Origin: a virus
Reading direction: 5' to 3' (one strand)
Length of the DNA stretch: 64,000 nucleotides
Virus record (IMG/VR): IMGVR_UViG_3300037264_003921
Coordinates: 1 to 64,000 of that record
The position numbers were made by a program, and so were the translations under genes. Every line of letters begins with the position of its first letter. The first letter of the stretch is position 1. A model generated the notes under the pieces. That model was given only the letters and a program-made list of their open reading frames with translations. It was not told the DNA's origin and did no database searches. Positions 36,801-47,400 of the stretch are shown one piece after another.

Positions 36801-38180
36801 ATCACGATTGACAGATCCATCACTATCAATTAAACCATCTATAAATGCAATCTGAACGGACTTTGGGCTATTATAAATCCACGCAGGAATGCGTTTATTA
36901 TGTGACCCCTGAATAAATCCACATTTAGATTCTAAGAAATTTGCTAGTTCTTTAGAACAAGTATTTGTCTGATCTTCAACTAATATGCTATGCGAGCCAC
37001 AGTTTTTATATGATGTCACCTTATTTGGGCTATATTCAGACAACAACTCTTTATAATAAGTGTTAGTATCATCATAGATGCCATTAGCAAACGTCACACC
37101 GACATTTTTGCCATTAGCCCGCTTCAGCCATCCATCACCAATCAAGAACCCAAACAATTTCGCGAAATTTTCATCAGCAATTACTTGTTTGTCACAAAGC
37201 TTGCCAAGCAATTGATGTTCTTTATTGGCGGTCGGCCTAGGAATGACCAGTTCGTCTCCAGCTTTAAGTTCATCGGCCCGTTTATAAACTAAATCCGCAA
37301 ACCATTTCTGGCCAAATTTAAATGATTTTTTAGACCATTCTCTGACTAAGACAGGATGATTACCACTGCAATTATTTTCATAATGTCTTGTACTGATTTT
37401 GAATATTTCTTTTTCTCCACTATGACAAGTGGCAGTTACTTTAGATGCAATTAGTTTGTTGTCATCAAATACAAAAACATCATCTCCAGCCTTAAAGTCT
37501 TCAATATTCTTGTATCCATGTGGAGTAAGGATTTTGGCACCAAACTCGCAACAACGGCCATATGGGTGATATATGTTTTCATAACTTGTCAATCTTAGAT
37601 GCATCACCTGCCATGGATGCATGAATGTCGGCTGTGATGCCATCTCATCCTGATAAAAGAACCCAACCAGATCGCCATGTTTTGTCTCAACCCTTGTAAA
37701 ATTATAGACATTCATATGCCGTATCGAGGCTATTCCATTCCGATTCTGTGTTGTGACAATTTCGGCAGGAAAGTCACCATATTTGCATAGATATCTGATC
37801 ATCGGCCGCAAAGAATTATCCACCATCAATGTATTATAAAATAAATCCTCGAGTTCCTTTTTAACACGTAGAGATTTAGATTTTATCAATAGGCTATGGT
37901 GTATCTCAGGATCTATTAAACTAGATTCATCAGCATACATGTCAAGAGCTAATGATATTTCACCAACTTGATCCTCTTGATCGAAATCCTTATATCTCTC
38001 TAATCTATTAATCTGTAAGTTAGTCTGTTCCAGCAATGAACTCTGCGTAGAGAAGTTCATGAACTCGCCAGCGGCTGATATCCTAGCAAGAGACGATTGG
38101 TCCTGGAATAGATTCTCAGAACGATATATATTGGCGGCCTTGAAAAATGCCGCTAATCTGTCAAATAGTTGCCAACTCAT
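33852..38180 (-). CDS. Portal protein (gp20-like) with two inteins
   Basis: EISLALDMYADES, PYG|SILD..KQLRLMEDAALIYR|TRAPEKRVF, EDIWLP, IADIEYF. Confidence 0.93.
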   Translation of the reverse strand: MSWQLFDRLAAFFKAANIYRSENLFQDQSSLARISAAGEFMNFSTQSSLLEQTNLQINRLERYKDFDQEDQVGEISLALDMYADESSLIDPEIHHSLLIKSKSLRVKKELEDLFYNTLMVDNSLRPMIRYLCKYGDFPAEIVTTQNRNGIASIRHMNVYNFTRVETKHGDLVGFFYQDEMASQPTFMHPWQVMHLRLTSYENIYHPYGRCCEFGAKILTPHGYKNIEDFKAGDDVFVFDDNKLIASKVTATCHSGEKEIFKISTRHYENNCSGNHPVLVREWSKKSFKFGQKWFADLVYKRADELKAGDELVIPRPTANKEHQLLGKLCDKQVIADENFAKLFGFLIGDGWLKRANGKNVGVTFANGIYDDTNTYYKELLSEYSPNKVTSYKNCGSHSILVEDQTNTCSKELANFLESKCGFIQGSHNKRIPAWIYNSPKSVQIAFIDGLIDSDGSVNRDEWDCDRYQLELSNYELIKDVKALLHLIGWKAGHAEKRVRQDDRVVFHGKEYQRSDSWLLYFYKSDIFGSAGGHVQRKSGSRGYNARKKESAKFGTDVIFEPITSIEQIGKRPTADIQVAHHASNFIADGVVVHNSILDGTRKHFKQLRLMEDAALIYRLCLRGDSRVWTPGGHTQIKDLKIGDAIYCYGRDGKLSETKVVNWMHNGKDKIYRIYSQHREIFANKTHPILVVDPYKKDGKWYYDREKFVDVQDLKALDNTVAKNYCHRFILPRLDNKEYVKLQKPEIEKYARLPGLVGAGTLSWSDAGVLRISKRASDRFLRGNHWATLKNADVICETVGVNKNLLEIRDNWSYDDRGDVVHEYDLPEVADEDFAQWFGFMIADGFVSERKHATGCTHEVGFALGDDKEINDKYKILFEKITRSVSFGRDDGHRLGAYFVYSKKFVEFMKLNGFIPGAANKRIPAWVYTSPRNVQEAFIDGYIDGDGWRRMYRNGKTEGHEVESCNQSLIEDLKELIHRIGWTAGLVRKIEKLGGHVIDHETGRTMPATICWAFYFTKKEAPLHERILGVEEIEVDDIYDITVEDEVHNFIANGIPLANTRAPEKRVFKIPVGNIPPKEVPQYIQLIAREFKKHKVFDPASGDVNERWSPLIQEDDIWLPKRADGTGPEVDTLPGAENLDQIADIEYFKKKMVSALKIPFSRVGIGEPSEGNSEPLSKVAPEFAKAVQWIQREVAIGLKKVAIIHLALRGFSADEIRGFDLWMTASSAIDELYRIETWASRADVIDQLKGTELFPDKWILQRFSNMTDDEIEQMQKEAEQNASAPKSGGGGGGGGGGGNKPSLLPLPGPAGLPGLGGPEEPGLGEPEELGLGEPLSAEEELDMLPIEGYDYKLEKEVLMEYNKQTTANKNDSPVQYNSPFEYLLNAGELDNLPSPTNQSDVLVKRTISEEEHKAAIDAVKLIITEGTTTKGPSDDITTADIPL
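35007..36323 (-). mobile_element. Intein 2 (439 aa) with LAGLIDADG endonuclease
   Basis: C1 CLRGDSRV...THP...FGFMIADG...FIDGYIDGDG...IPLAN/T. Confidence 0.9.
36399..37553 (-). mobile_element. Intein 1 (385 aa) with LAGLIDADG endonuclease
   Basis: C1 CCEFGAKILT...FGFLIGDG...FIDGLIDSDG...VVHN/S. Confidence 0.9.
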
Positions 38181-38217
38181 ACTTTATATATCTTCAACTC
38201 GATAATAGTAGTTTAAA

Positions 38218-40056
38218 TTATTTACGACGATATCTTATTGCATGTTTTTGTGGGACTACCATCTCACCCATTGCTCTAGCGCCAAGCTGATTTGTAAATT
38301 TCGCCAACTCTTGTGAAATTGTTAATTGTTTATTGTCATTTGATGCCACTGTCACAGGCATTAACAATCCATTAGCAGCGGCATATCCCTGTAGTTTTTG
38401 GTTGACATCAGGATCATGTAATTCAGGTCTAATCTCGACAGACCTGATCGGAATCAATCCTCCATCGGTAGGCGTAGAATGATTCATACCAATAAATACC
38501 AATGCCAATGCCATCACAAGATCGTCGGTGTTACCTTTACCAGGCTCGGCACCGGTTCGACCACCTTTTAAATGAACATATATAGACAATTCTTTATACA
38601 AACGCGATGATTTCAAAATAAAACCATCTTCACCAACATTGTCAGTCAATGTTTTATTCAACATTGGCTTTGTGGTGGTACTAGTATTAAAGCCAATATC
38701 CCCATATTTGCTCTCTTTATAGTACGAATTCTTTTTTGGACGTCTATATAAGTTCTGGTACATTAAATTTTCAAATAATTCTTGACATATTGTAACACCT
38801 ATGCCTGTACGCTCAACCACCATGAATGCATTGTTATACCATCTACCAATATAGTCAGCCATCGTAGCAAATACACGTGGCAGCACCTTAATCTGTAATT
38901 CAGCTACTTGTTCCTGCTCAGTAACATCCATCACTTCTATGGTGGAATAGTCATTAGCGTCACCACTCGACGTATCAACACCAACACAATATGTGTGTGG
39001 CGTAGCACCTCTAACCGGTAATTTCCATACCCATAGTCTATTCTCGAAGTCCAATATAGCTCGTTCATTTGTTGATGGATTGACGTAGTCTACCTTACTA
39101 ACAGTCTTATGTTCATTATTATGTTGATATATTGACGACTGGGTATGCAACAATGCTTGTCTGCTCAATACAGTATTGCCAGTACCCAAGAACTCTGCTA
39201 ACACTTCTTGTCTATACTTAGATGAATCACCCCTCTGCGTAAGCTGCCTATACTGATCCTCTAGCCATTTGCTCCAATATGGCCCATATTTCTCCACATC
39301 TTCAGGTGTTTCACATTTACGTATGCCAGCTGTTGGTGCTATCAATACGTCCTTCCCAGACAATTCATCAACAAATGACAACTTCCAATCCATGTCCCAC
39401 CAATTGATTGTGATTGGTTTGAAGTCATTAAGATTAGATTCTGCATCAGTCCATGTCTGCCAATACCAGTTTCCGATGCCTTTAACTGTGCTGATGACAA
39501 TGCAGTTACCACCATGTTGCAGAGTAGATGCGCCAGCCGACCACATCTGATCCATGTCAGGTATGAATGCAGCTTCGTCAATGATGTTAAGTGATGAAGC
39601 ATGTGAACGCAAAGTGTCTTTAGACGATGTTAAACTTATAATTCGTGATCCATTGCCAAATCCTACTTCATGCTCATTGTCAATTGTACGTGGCCATAAT
39701 TCTCTCATCCAATCTGGTAAATTGTCATGGATCGTCTTAACGTTCTTACGCAAAAAATCCATCGCATCTAAATCTCGCTTAGACACTATTAAGATCGTTT
39801 TTTGATTAAAAAACATTGCATACCACAATGCAAAGCTCCCTGAAACAGTAGAGATCCCTGACTGGCGTGTCTTCTTGAAAATAGTAAATCTATGTTTAAG
39901 GAATTCAGACAGGCATCGCTGCTGATACGAAAACAACTTAAACGGTATAATCCCAAGTTTAGGATGCTGAATTTTTCCAAATGAATTTAGGAAGAAAGAT
40001 GGACTACGCTGACAGCGTTGTATTATTTTCTTTGTTGTTGCGTCTATTCTAGGCAT
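38218..40056 (-). CDS. Terminase large subunit (gp17-like)
   Basis: KTRQSGIST, IIDEAAFI, VISTVKG, GVDTSSG..DYS, DDLVMA. Confidence 0.93.
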   Translation of the reverse strand: MPRIDATTKKIIQRCQRSPSFFLNSFGKIQHPKLGIIPFKLFSYQQRCLSEFLKHRFTIFKKTRQSGISTVSGSFALWYAMFFNQKTILIVSKRDLDAMDFLRKNVKTIHDNLPDWMRELWPRTIDNEHEVGFGNGSRIISLTSSKDTLRSHASSLNIIDEAAFIPDMDQMWSAGASTLQHGGNCIVISTVKGIGNWYWQTWTDAESNLNDFKPITINWWDMDWKLSFVDELSGKDVLIAPTAGIRKCETPEDVEKYGPYWSKWLEDQYRQLTQRGDSSKYRQEVLAEFLGTGNTVLSRQALLHTQSSIYQHNNEHKTVSKVDYVNPSTNERAILDFENRLWVWKLPVRGATPHTYCVGVDTSSGDANDYSTIEVMDVTEQEQVAELQIKVLPRVFATMADYIGRWYNNAFMVVERTGIGVTICQELFENLMYQNLYRRPKKNSYYKESKYGDIGFNTSTTTKPMLNKTLTDNVGEDGFILKSSRLYKELSIYVHLKGGRTGAEPGKGNTDDLVMALALVFIGMNHSTPTDGGLIPIRSVEIRPELHDPDVNQKLQGYAAANGLLMPVTVASNDNKQLTISQELAKFTNQLGARAMGEMVVPQKHAIRYRRK

Positions 40057-40577
40057 TAGGTGGTGGATTCGTCAAGGAATTCAGGAGTTTTTAATAATTC
40101 AGCAAGGGCATCATTCGGCGTTATAGTATTATTTTGCATAAATATTTGAGTGCCCTTGCCAGCAGCCAGCAGTTTAGCAAGAGAGTCTAAGACTTTTACA
40201 GCATTTGTACTCGTCTCAGCTTTTGTGCGTAATGCAGCCACAAGCATTTCAACATATACACGAGGTGTTTGTGGCCCAAGTTGAACAGCATTGTATAAGA
40301 AAGAGATAGTGTCCTCTATTTGGTCACGGTCTGATCGATAGTTTCTGAGAATTTCATTTGCTGTATCTTTAAACCTATTAACTAAATCACGTATTTCATC
40401 AGTGTCTTCTGCTACATCATGTGTAACAGATACGGGCTTGCTGATATTAGTCTCAATTTCTGCTACGTCATGCGTAACAGGCACAGACTCATTGGTCTCA
40501 GCACCACCACTTACCAATGGATCAACAACATCACTTAATATATCTTTAAGATCTTCATTGTCCATTTTACATCCCAT
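40056..40577 (-). CDS. Hypothetical protein, possibly terminase small subunit
   Basis: Helical; directly upstream of TerL. Confidence 0.5.
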   Translation of the reverse strand: MGCKMDNEDLKDILSDVVDPLVSGGAETNESVPVTHDVAEIETNISKPVSVTHDVAEDTDEIRDLVNRFKDTANEILRNYRSDRDQIEDTISFLYNAVQLGPQTPRVYVEMLVAALRTKAETSTNAVKVLDSLAKLLAAGKGTQIFMQNNTITPNDALAELLKTPEFLDESTT

Positions 40578-41400
40578 TAAAATAATCTATCGATTCTTTA
40601 GCAACAGAATTCCTTAATAGTTCTCTAACACTATACAACCAGTCGAAATTTAAATTCATTGACTTATTGTTGTACAGCAATAGGTCATTTGCACATGAAA
40701 AACGATCATCAACAATCGTTATCATTCCATTTGAAACACCATTGTCACATTTCTGCCAGCCATTCATAGACATAGCCATCAACGTATCGATTGATTCATA
40801 TAGTAGTGCTTTATCTGCAATATTCTTAAAATCTTCCTCTTTGATTGTTTTTCCATTGTTGGTAGCATAGAAAGAGAATGCTTCATCAACTTCTGGCTTC
40901 GGCTGATGTCTAGATGCACGTTTCAACTTAGCCAATACTCTCTTAGCCGGGCTAGAACGACGATATCTATCACTCCCACGCATATGTTGTTTAGAACGTG
41001 GAGTCATATGCTTCCTAATGGCACGTTCTATAGAATTGTCATGCGATAATGGAGAGATTCCCTCATCAAATTGAGACAACGTATTGGATATATTGGTACT
41101 GCCTCTAGATTCTGTATCAATTCCATACAGTCCAAGCAATGTAATCTCTTCTTCCCAAGATCCTTTCCCCTTACGAACAAGATCTACTAATAATTGTATG
41201 ATGTTGTCATAAACGTCATTGTATGATGAATCAGATATGTCAATTTCCGACACAAAACTAGGGTCGCCATTTAGCATTTCATATGCCCCATGTATCTTAA
41301 CATCATCTATAATGACGTCTATAACGCCATGAGGCAACCCTATACCTACATATGCCCTATTCTGCACCTGGATCTTAGTCGATTTCTTCTTCTTCTCCAT
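40567..41400 (-). CDS. Hypothetical protein
   Basis: 277-aa ORF in an overlapping chain. Confidence 0.65.
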   Translation of the reverse strand: MEKKKKSTKIQVQNRAYVGIGLPHGVIDVIIDDVKIHGAYEMLNGDPSFVSEIDISDSSYNDVYDNIIQLLVDLVRKGKGSWEEEITLLGLYGIDTESRGSTNISNTLSQFDEGISPLSHDNSIERAIRKHMTPRSKQHMRGSDRYRRSSPAKRVLAKLKRASRHQPKPEVDEAFSFYATNNGKTIKEEDFKNIADKALLYESIDTLMAMSMNGWQKCDNGVSNGMITIVDDRFSCANDLLLYNNKSMNLNFDWLYSVRELLRNSVAKESIDYFNGM

Positions 41401-42136
41401 CTGAGTCCTTTTTAGATCCTCTTGGAAGTTTGGCTGGCTCCTGGTTAACTGGTGAATCTGTAAATTCGAAACTCCTTAATCTCATTTGCTTCAAGAATCC
41501 AGTCACCCGCTGACGAGATAATCCGCTGAGCTTTACAAGCTTACCAATTAGACCATCATATGGTTTTTCATCTTCCTGATATAACTTTTCCAGAGACTGT
41601 ATAATAGTTAACCCACAATCATCATATTTGCTCATATTATTGGCTTCTTTGATAAATCTGTCAAAAGCTGCACTATGTGGTTTAAACCTACACGTCAGAT
41701 GCCCTTTATATGTGCCATAATTCTTCTTATCACGCATTTCACGCTTGATGTGAGCTAATATTACGGTCTTGGCCACCTGACTCCAAAAATTAAACACTTT
41801 TGTATGTCCAGGGCTTGAATCAAATTTGTAAAGTACTTTTTCAATTTGACACCATCCAACCTGTATCAAATCCCCAAAACTAGATGGATCGTGACCTGGA
41901 TATATGTTATGGAAATTATGCGTCCTGATTATTTGACGCAATAATTCCATTGCATGTGACATAATCTCATCACGTAATACAACATCTGTGCATCCACCCT
42001 TAACATATTTAGTTAGCCTGTCTTCAACAAGAGCATTGTTGAAATAATAATTCTTCTCTTTTGCTTCGGCCTCTAAATCCACCACATTAGCTTGTTCGGC
42101 TACAACTTTAGATTTGTTTATCAGTTTTTTAGCCAT
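41375..42136 (-). CDS. Late sigma-factor-like protein (gp55-like)
   Basis: NYYFNN...DLIQVG...LYKFD...KVFNFWSQVAK, resembling sigma region 2. Confidence 0.6.
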   Translation of the reverse strand: MAKKLINKSKVVAEQANVVDLEAEAKEKNYYFNNALVEDRLTKYVKGGCTDVVLRDEIMSHAMELLRQIIRTHNFHNIYPGHDPSSFGDLIQVGWCQIEKVLYKFDSSPGHTKVFNFWSQVAKTVILAHIKREMRDKKNYGTYKGHLTCRFKPHSAAFDRFIKEANNMSKYDDCGLTIIQSLEKLYQEDEKPYDGLIGKLVKLSGLSRQRVTGFLKQMRLRSFEFTDSPVNQEPAKLPRGSKKDSDGEEEEID

Positions 42137-42224
42137 ATATTAGTTTCTTTATTTTATCAATTACTTAGCGATGATATTATACTTTCTTTAAAAACACCAA
42201 TCTTATCACATAATGAAGTCATTA

Positions 42225-43727
42225 TTACACCCTCGGCTTCCTAAACCTTGATGATATCAGTTTAGCCCCATCAACAACTACATCACAAAATACAACAGTG
42301 GATTTATATCCCATATCAACAACCGCTTTCAATTGGTTACGTGCATGTTTATACAAATAATGATTATTCAAGAACATAAAAGCAAACACTCGTGCCCATC
42401 CCTTATCGTTTACGCGTAAAGCGCGACCGCACTTCTGCTCATAGTCTGACCACAAATTACCACCACCACAAATTATTAAATTGTCAACTCCACCACGAAT
42501 ATCAAGGCCACGTTTTAATATCTTGCCACCTATCAGGCATTTAAGTTCACGACGCTCGAACATCTTTAAGTACTTCTGGCGAACAGTTTTTGATGTTTTG
42601 CCATATATAAAAACAGATCCTGGTATTACTTTTTCTAAAGTATGTCCAAGATCTTCGACATTGCCAGTATCAACCAAGATCAAGGTTGAATCATTTGGGA
42701 ATCCATTTATAATCTTTAATATTCGATTATGAAACTTTGGATTATCGATTATTTGTTCACGTTCAGCTATATCAAACGCCGTTTTGTCATCCTTGTGACC
42801 ATCCTCACCCATTGCAAACATGACAAATTTAATCGGTATAATCCGACCTAAAGCTTCTAAATCTCGCCTGTTTGCTTCATAAATCACAGAGCCAATATGT
42901 TCTTTTAGAATTAAATTTTCAACCGGACGTCTCTCATCAAATGGAGTAGCAGACAAGCCATATTTTCGACGTCCATTAAAATAATGTTTAAATAATGCCC
43001 TATATTGTTTGCTTACTGCTCTATCACATTCGTCAACAATTAACAAATCAGCTTTTTTCACTATCGCCTGAAATGTTTTAGCGTGTTTTAATCTTTTTGA
43101 ATATGCAGACGGATTTTTAAATTTAAATGATTCTGATGGTGAGCTTAATGATTGAATAGAACCAATAATGACACTCTGTCCATCCGGCGTTTCACCGCCA
43201 TAGAATAGCCCAACATCAAAAATGTCGCGCAATTTTAGTCGTTCCTTAATTTGCTCAATGACAATCCTCTGCTCAGCGATTACGACTGTCCGACAATTAA
43301 ACAGCTTTATGATACCAGCCGCTATTTCTGTTTTCCCAGCACCTGGTGGTAGTTTAAATAATCCAACTTCAACATCTGCCGATTTTTTAATTGCATCGAT
43401 TTGATATTGTTCAAGTGCTATATTAGAAAGCCAATTAGCATCAACTACAGTTCTATCTGGCACTGATATTTGTGGCCGCTCATCGATAACATCAAGTGGT
43501 ATATCCGCTGTTGTGCAAAACTCCTCAAGTTCTTGCAATAATGGTCTAGCAAGACGTTGTCGTTTAACGTCATATTTACGATAATATCCATCCCATGATT
43601 GCTGTGATGTGTCTATGAAATAAGCACGTGGATGTTTAACACTAAAATGATTAACAAGCTTAGGTTCTATACCAAGTGTAACTTGATCCAAGCATACCCA
43701 ATCATTATTAACGATTCTTGCTTGCAT
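42225..43727 (-). CDS. SF2 helicase (UvsW-like)
   Basis: PPGAGKT, VDECD, GLSATP, GLDI, QKCGRALR. Confidence 0.88.
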   Translation of the reverse strand: MQARIVNNDWVCLDQVTLGIEPKLVNHFSVKHPRAYFIDTSQQSWDGYYRKYDVKRQRLARPLLQELEEFCTTADIPLDVIDERPQISVPDRTVVDANWLSNIALEQYQIDAIKKSADVEVGLFKLPPGAGKTEIAAGIIKLFNCRTVVIAEQRIVIEQIKERLKLRDIFDVGLFYGGETPDGQSVIIGSIQSLSSPSESFKFKNPSAYSKRLKHAKTFQAIVKKADLLIVDECDRAVSKQYRALFKHYFNGRRKYGLSATPFDERRPVENLILKEHIGSVIYEANRRDLEALGRIIPIKFVMFAMGEDGHKDDKTAFDIAEREQIIDNPKFHNRILKIINGFPNDSTLILVDTGNVEDLGHTLEKVIPGSVFIYGKTSKTVRQKYLKMFERRELKCLIGGKILKRGLDIRGGVDNLIICGGGNLWSDYEQKCGRALRVNDKGWARVFAFMFLNNHYLYKHARNQLKAVVDMGYKSTVVFCDVVVDGAKLISSRFRKPRV

Positions 43728-43798
43728 GCTTTATTTATCTAACATTAATAGACAACAGTATAATTAAACTAATTTATAGTTAAAATATAAAATATGAT

Positions 43799-44419
43799 AT
43801 GAAATTATTAAGAAAGCTATGGGCAGCTATTGATAAAAATGATATAAATTCTGTTTTGTCAATGTTAGGGCCAGACCCATTCAATGTTCAATCACAGAAA
43901 TTCATAAGTCAATATTGCAAAACAATAGGATTGAAAAAATTTGAGTTATTTTGTGAGTTGATCTTATCAAACAAATTATTAGACACAGCAATATTAGGTT
44001 ATATCATGTTAGGACATCGAAGCTATGACAAAAACGAACATGAAACAATGAGGAGAGCGTACAAAAAAACTATTGAGCTCGCCGAAGATAGAGTTGGTGC
44101 ACAAAAATGGTTATATGCTGCGTATTATTATTGGGCAAAACATGACCAAAACATTGAAACTAAAATAAATTGCATTCGTCTTTCGATTACAAAACCAGAT
44201 TATAGTGGATTTAGCCAATCACTAATCAATTCAAAATTCAAACGGGCTCTAGCTTGGTTGATAACATTTGGAGGACCTAAAGACAAAAAGATTATTGACA
44301 TTGGTTTTAAAAGATTTCATCGTATGATGGAGATTGGCAAAATTTCTAAAAAGAAATACGATGCTTTCATCAAATCAACAGATTATGCAAAGTGGTTCAT
44401 TAGCGACAAGAATCCATAA
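43799..44419 (+). CDS. Hypothetical protein
   Basis: 206-aa ORF filling the gap on the opposite strand. Confidence 0.65.
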   Translation: MKLLRKLWAAIDKNDINSVLSMLGPDPFNVQSQKFISQYCKTIGLKKFELFCELILSNKLLDTAILGYIMLGHRSYDKNEHETMRRAYKKTIELAEDRVGAQKWLYAAYYYWAKHDQNIETKINCIRLSITKPDYSGFSQSLINSKFKRALAWLITFGGPKDKKIIDIGFKRFHRMMEIGKISKKKYDAFIKSTDYAKWFISDKNP

Positions 44420-47400
44420 TTACGGAGAGCACCCACCAAGAGACGTCCCACATGAAAGACATAACTTACACGGAAATTCTTGAATCAATTCGCTCCCACA
44501 TTTACTACATCCACGTCCTTTAGTGGCAGCTATAAATGTCCTCTGCCCCAATACAGATTCATTCTGTGATTTATGTCCGTTGCCATTGTGTCCATTCTTC
44601 CCATTTTTAATCATTCCACGGCGCACTTCATGCTCTGCTGGTATTTTCTTACAATAGGTTGTGTCGCCCTCGTACTCCAGCATGGCCAATTTAACAACCA
44701 AATCAGGGACGCTAGAGCAATATGTAATATATGGATGATCAGTACGGCCAGCAGGACCTCCCTCTTCATTCAAAAAACTGTCGGCAATTTCTTTTATTGG
44801 TTGGCCATATTGAATTGCATTAGACATGGATCTGCTCATCCATCTCATAGCCAATGTAAAATCTGGATTACTTTTGCCAACTTCAATCCAAATCTCAGCT
44901 AAACTACCATCTTCATATTCACCAAATTTAATGATGATCTTATGATGCCCCTGAGTTGTATAAATTGTAACTTCATGAGCAACCAGCTCACGTTTACGAG
45001 GTGGCCTACGTCTATCACCACGAAGGTACACTCTAGCGTCTTTACACGAATCGCTCCACCAACTCATATCAGTAGGGTTGTTAAGTGGTTGGCTTTGTTT
45101 AGATCCATCGCGATAGACAGCAAACCCTTTTATTCCACCTGGGCAGTAGCGAGTAGACCCCCTACCATCAAATGCCATCAGATACAAATTGCCAATATCA
45201 TCTTCGGTAGCTTCATTAGGTTCATTAACAGTTTTGCTGATAGCCCCACTGATAAATGGAGACACTGCTGAACACATTCTAACATGAGCCTCTGGATTAA
45301 TGAACCTCTTACCATATCCACTTCTATTAGCACAATCAAATATCGACAAATGCTCAGATCGTATATGTGGTGCTCCCTCAAGTGTGCCATACCCACAAAT
45401 CCATTTATTGGCTTCAATGTATTGTTCTTGTGTAAACTTTAAGGCAGTAAAAATATTCGTAGATTTTTTATCAATGTCAATCGCCTGTAGTGTGTCGTCT
45501 GACAATTTATACGGCATTAATGCATAACGCAACTGACTTACACCACTCAGATTAGCCTCTATTTCGTCTAAATCATCTACAGTAACACCGACATCAAGCA
45601 GAGATTGACGATTAATATATGGAGCGCCATCAAATGTGTTATTACCTAATACGTATATCATTATGTCGTCAACTTGAGAATCAGAGTAACCCAAATTCCG
45701 CAAACTAGTCTCAACAGACTCATTTACAATCTTCATAGAACCGCCACCAGATAAACGTTTAAATTTCACAATACCAAAATCTGGTTCAATGGCTGTGGTA
45801 TCACAGCCAAGTACAAGCCCTATAGTACCAGACGGTTGAATGACTGTAACAAATGCATTTCTATATCCAAATTTATCACCTTGTGTTATGGCATTATCCC
45901 ATGCTGCTTCAATTGTATTGGTCAATTCATCATTTATAAAACTGTGATCGATCGACCATGGCGTAACAGTGAGATTTCTAAATGAGAATGATTTTAATGA
46001 TTTACGCACAGATGCAGCACAATGATTTCGTAGTACTTGCTGCATGCAATCTTTGTTCGCTTCATAGCGAGGAAATGTTCCTAAAGTCCTAGCCATATCA
46101 GCACTTACGCTATAACATTCCGCTGTCATCAGAGAAGTGACAGCCGCAGATAGATGACATGCCTTATCACAATCATATTTGATTCCAGCCCTCATCAACA
46201 CAGCGCCGATCCCGGAATGCCCCAAACCAGTTGTACGATATTTAACAGTACCTTCTGCTAGTTGTTTGGTTGGTAATTGAGCGGCATTTATCGATATATC
46301 AAGTACCATCAACCAATGACGGCATGCAGCAATAAAATCCTTAATTTTAAGATCGCCGTTATCGTGGAATAGAGTTTGGAGATTTAAAGTAGCTAAATTA
46401 CAAGCCGTGTCGTCTAAGAATGTATATTCTAAACACGGGTTTGAAGTTTTAATTCTTCCATCAGACTTACAAGTATTCCAATCATTTATAATATCATCAT
46501 ACTGAACACCAGGATCGCCAGATTCCCAAGCAGCTTTTTTAATATATTGCCACAATTCTCTAGCCTTCATTCGTCTGATCACTTGTCCAGTTGTCCGAGC
46601 TGTCATATCCCACATGACATCACCAACGACTGCATCTAAAAATTTCTTAGATAGGCGTATTGAATTGTTGGAGTTTTGTCCTGATACTGTTTGATAAGCT
46701 TCTCCCTCCCATCCAGCATCAAAACCGCCAATTGCTAAGGCTTGAGTCTTTTTCTCTTCGATTCCTTTCCATAAAATAAATTCTGGTGCCTCTGGATGGT
46801 CTATATCAACAACCACCATCTTGGCAGCCTTTCGTTGTGAAGATCCTGATTTTACAACACCTGCTGACCTATCAAAGATTTTCAAGAAACTCATCAGCCC
46901 AGTGGCTGGGTTGCCACTACTCAACTTTTCAAATTTTGAACGAATAGCAGAAAAATTTGAGCCAGAGCCTCCACCAGAGACGAATGCTCTTGCTTCGCTT
47001 ACTATTCTATTAAATATGCCATCTTCTTCAAATAAACTGTCACCAACAGATTGTAAAAAGCACGCATGGATACCAGGATTTTCATATGTATTACTAGTTT
47101 CATTAGCGACACAAGTCTTTGGATCAGCTTTCCAGAATCCTTTCTTTTTCCCTGCATGTCCATATGCCCAGTAGACGCCACTATTAAACCATTGCGGGGT
47201 ATTAGGGGCAGCAATTTGGTTTATCAACATGTAGACTGATTCGTCATAAAAAATCTTCGCATCAGCCTCTTCATCGAAATATCCATACCACCAACCCCAA
47301 TAAGCCCAGAATCCAGCTAGTCTATGAAAAATCTGTTTTGTACTAGTCTCAGGCCCAAATTGACATCCATCAACAGGTGTAGAGCGCTGTAGCCAATCTG

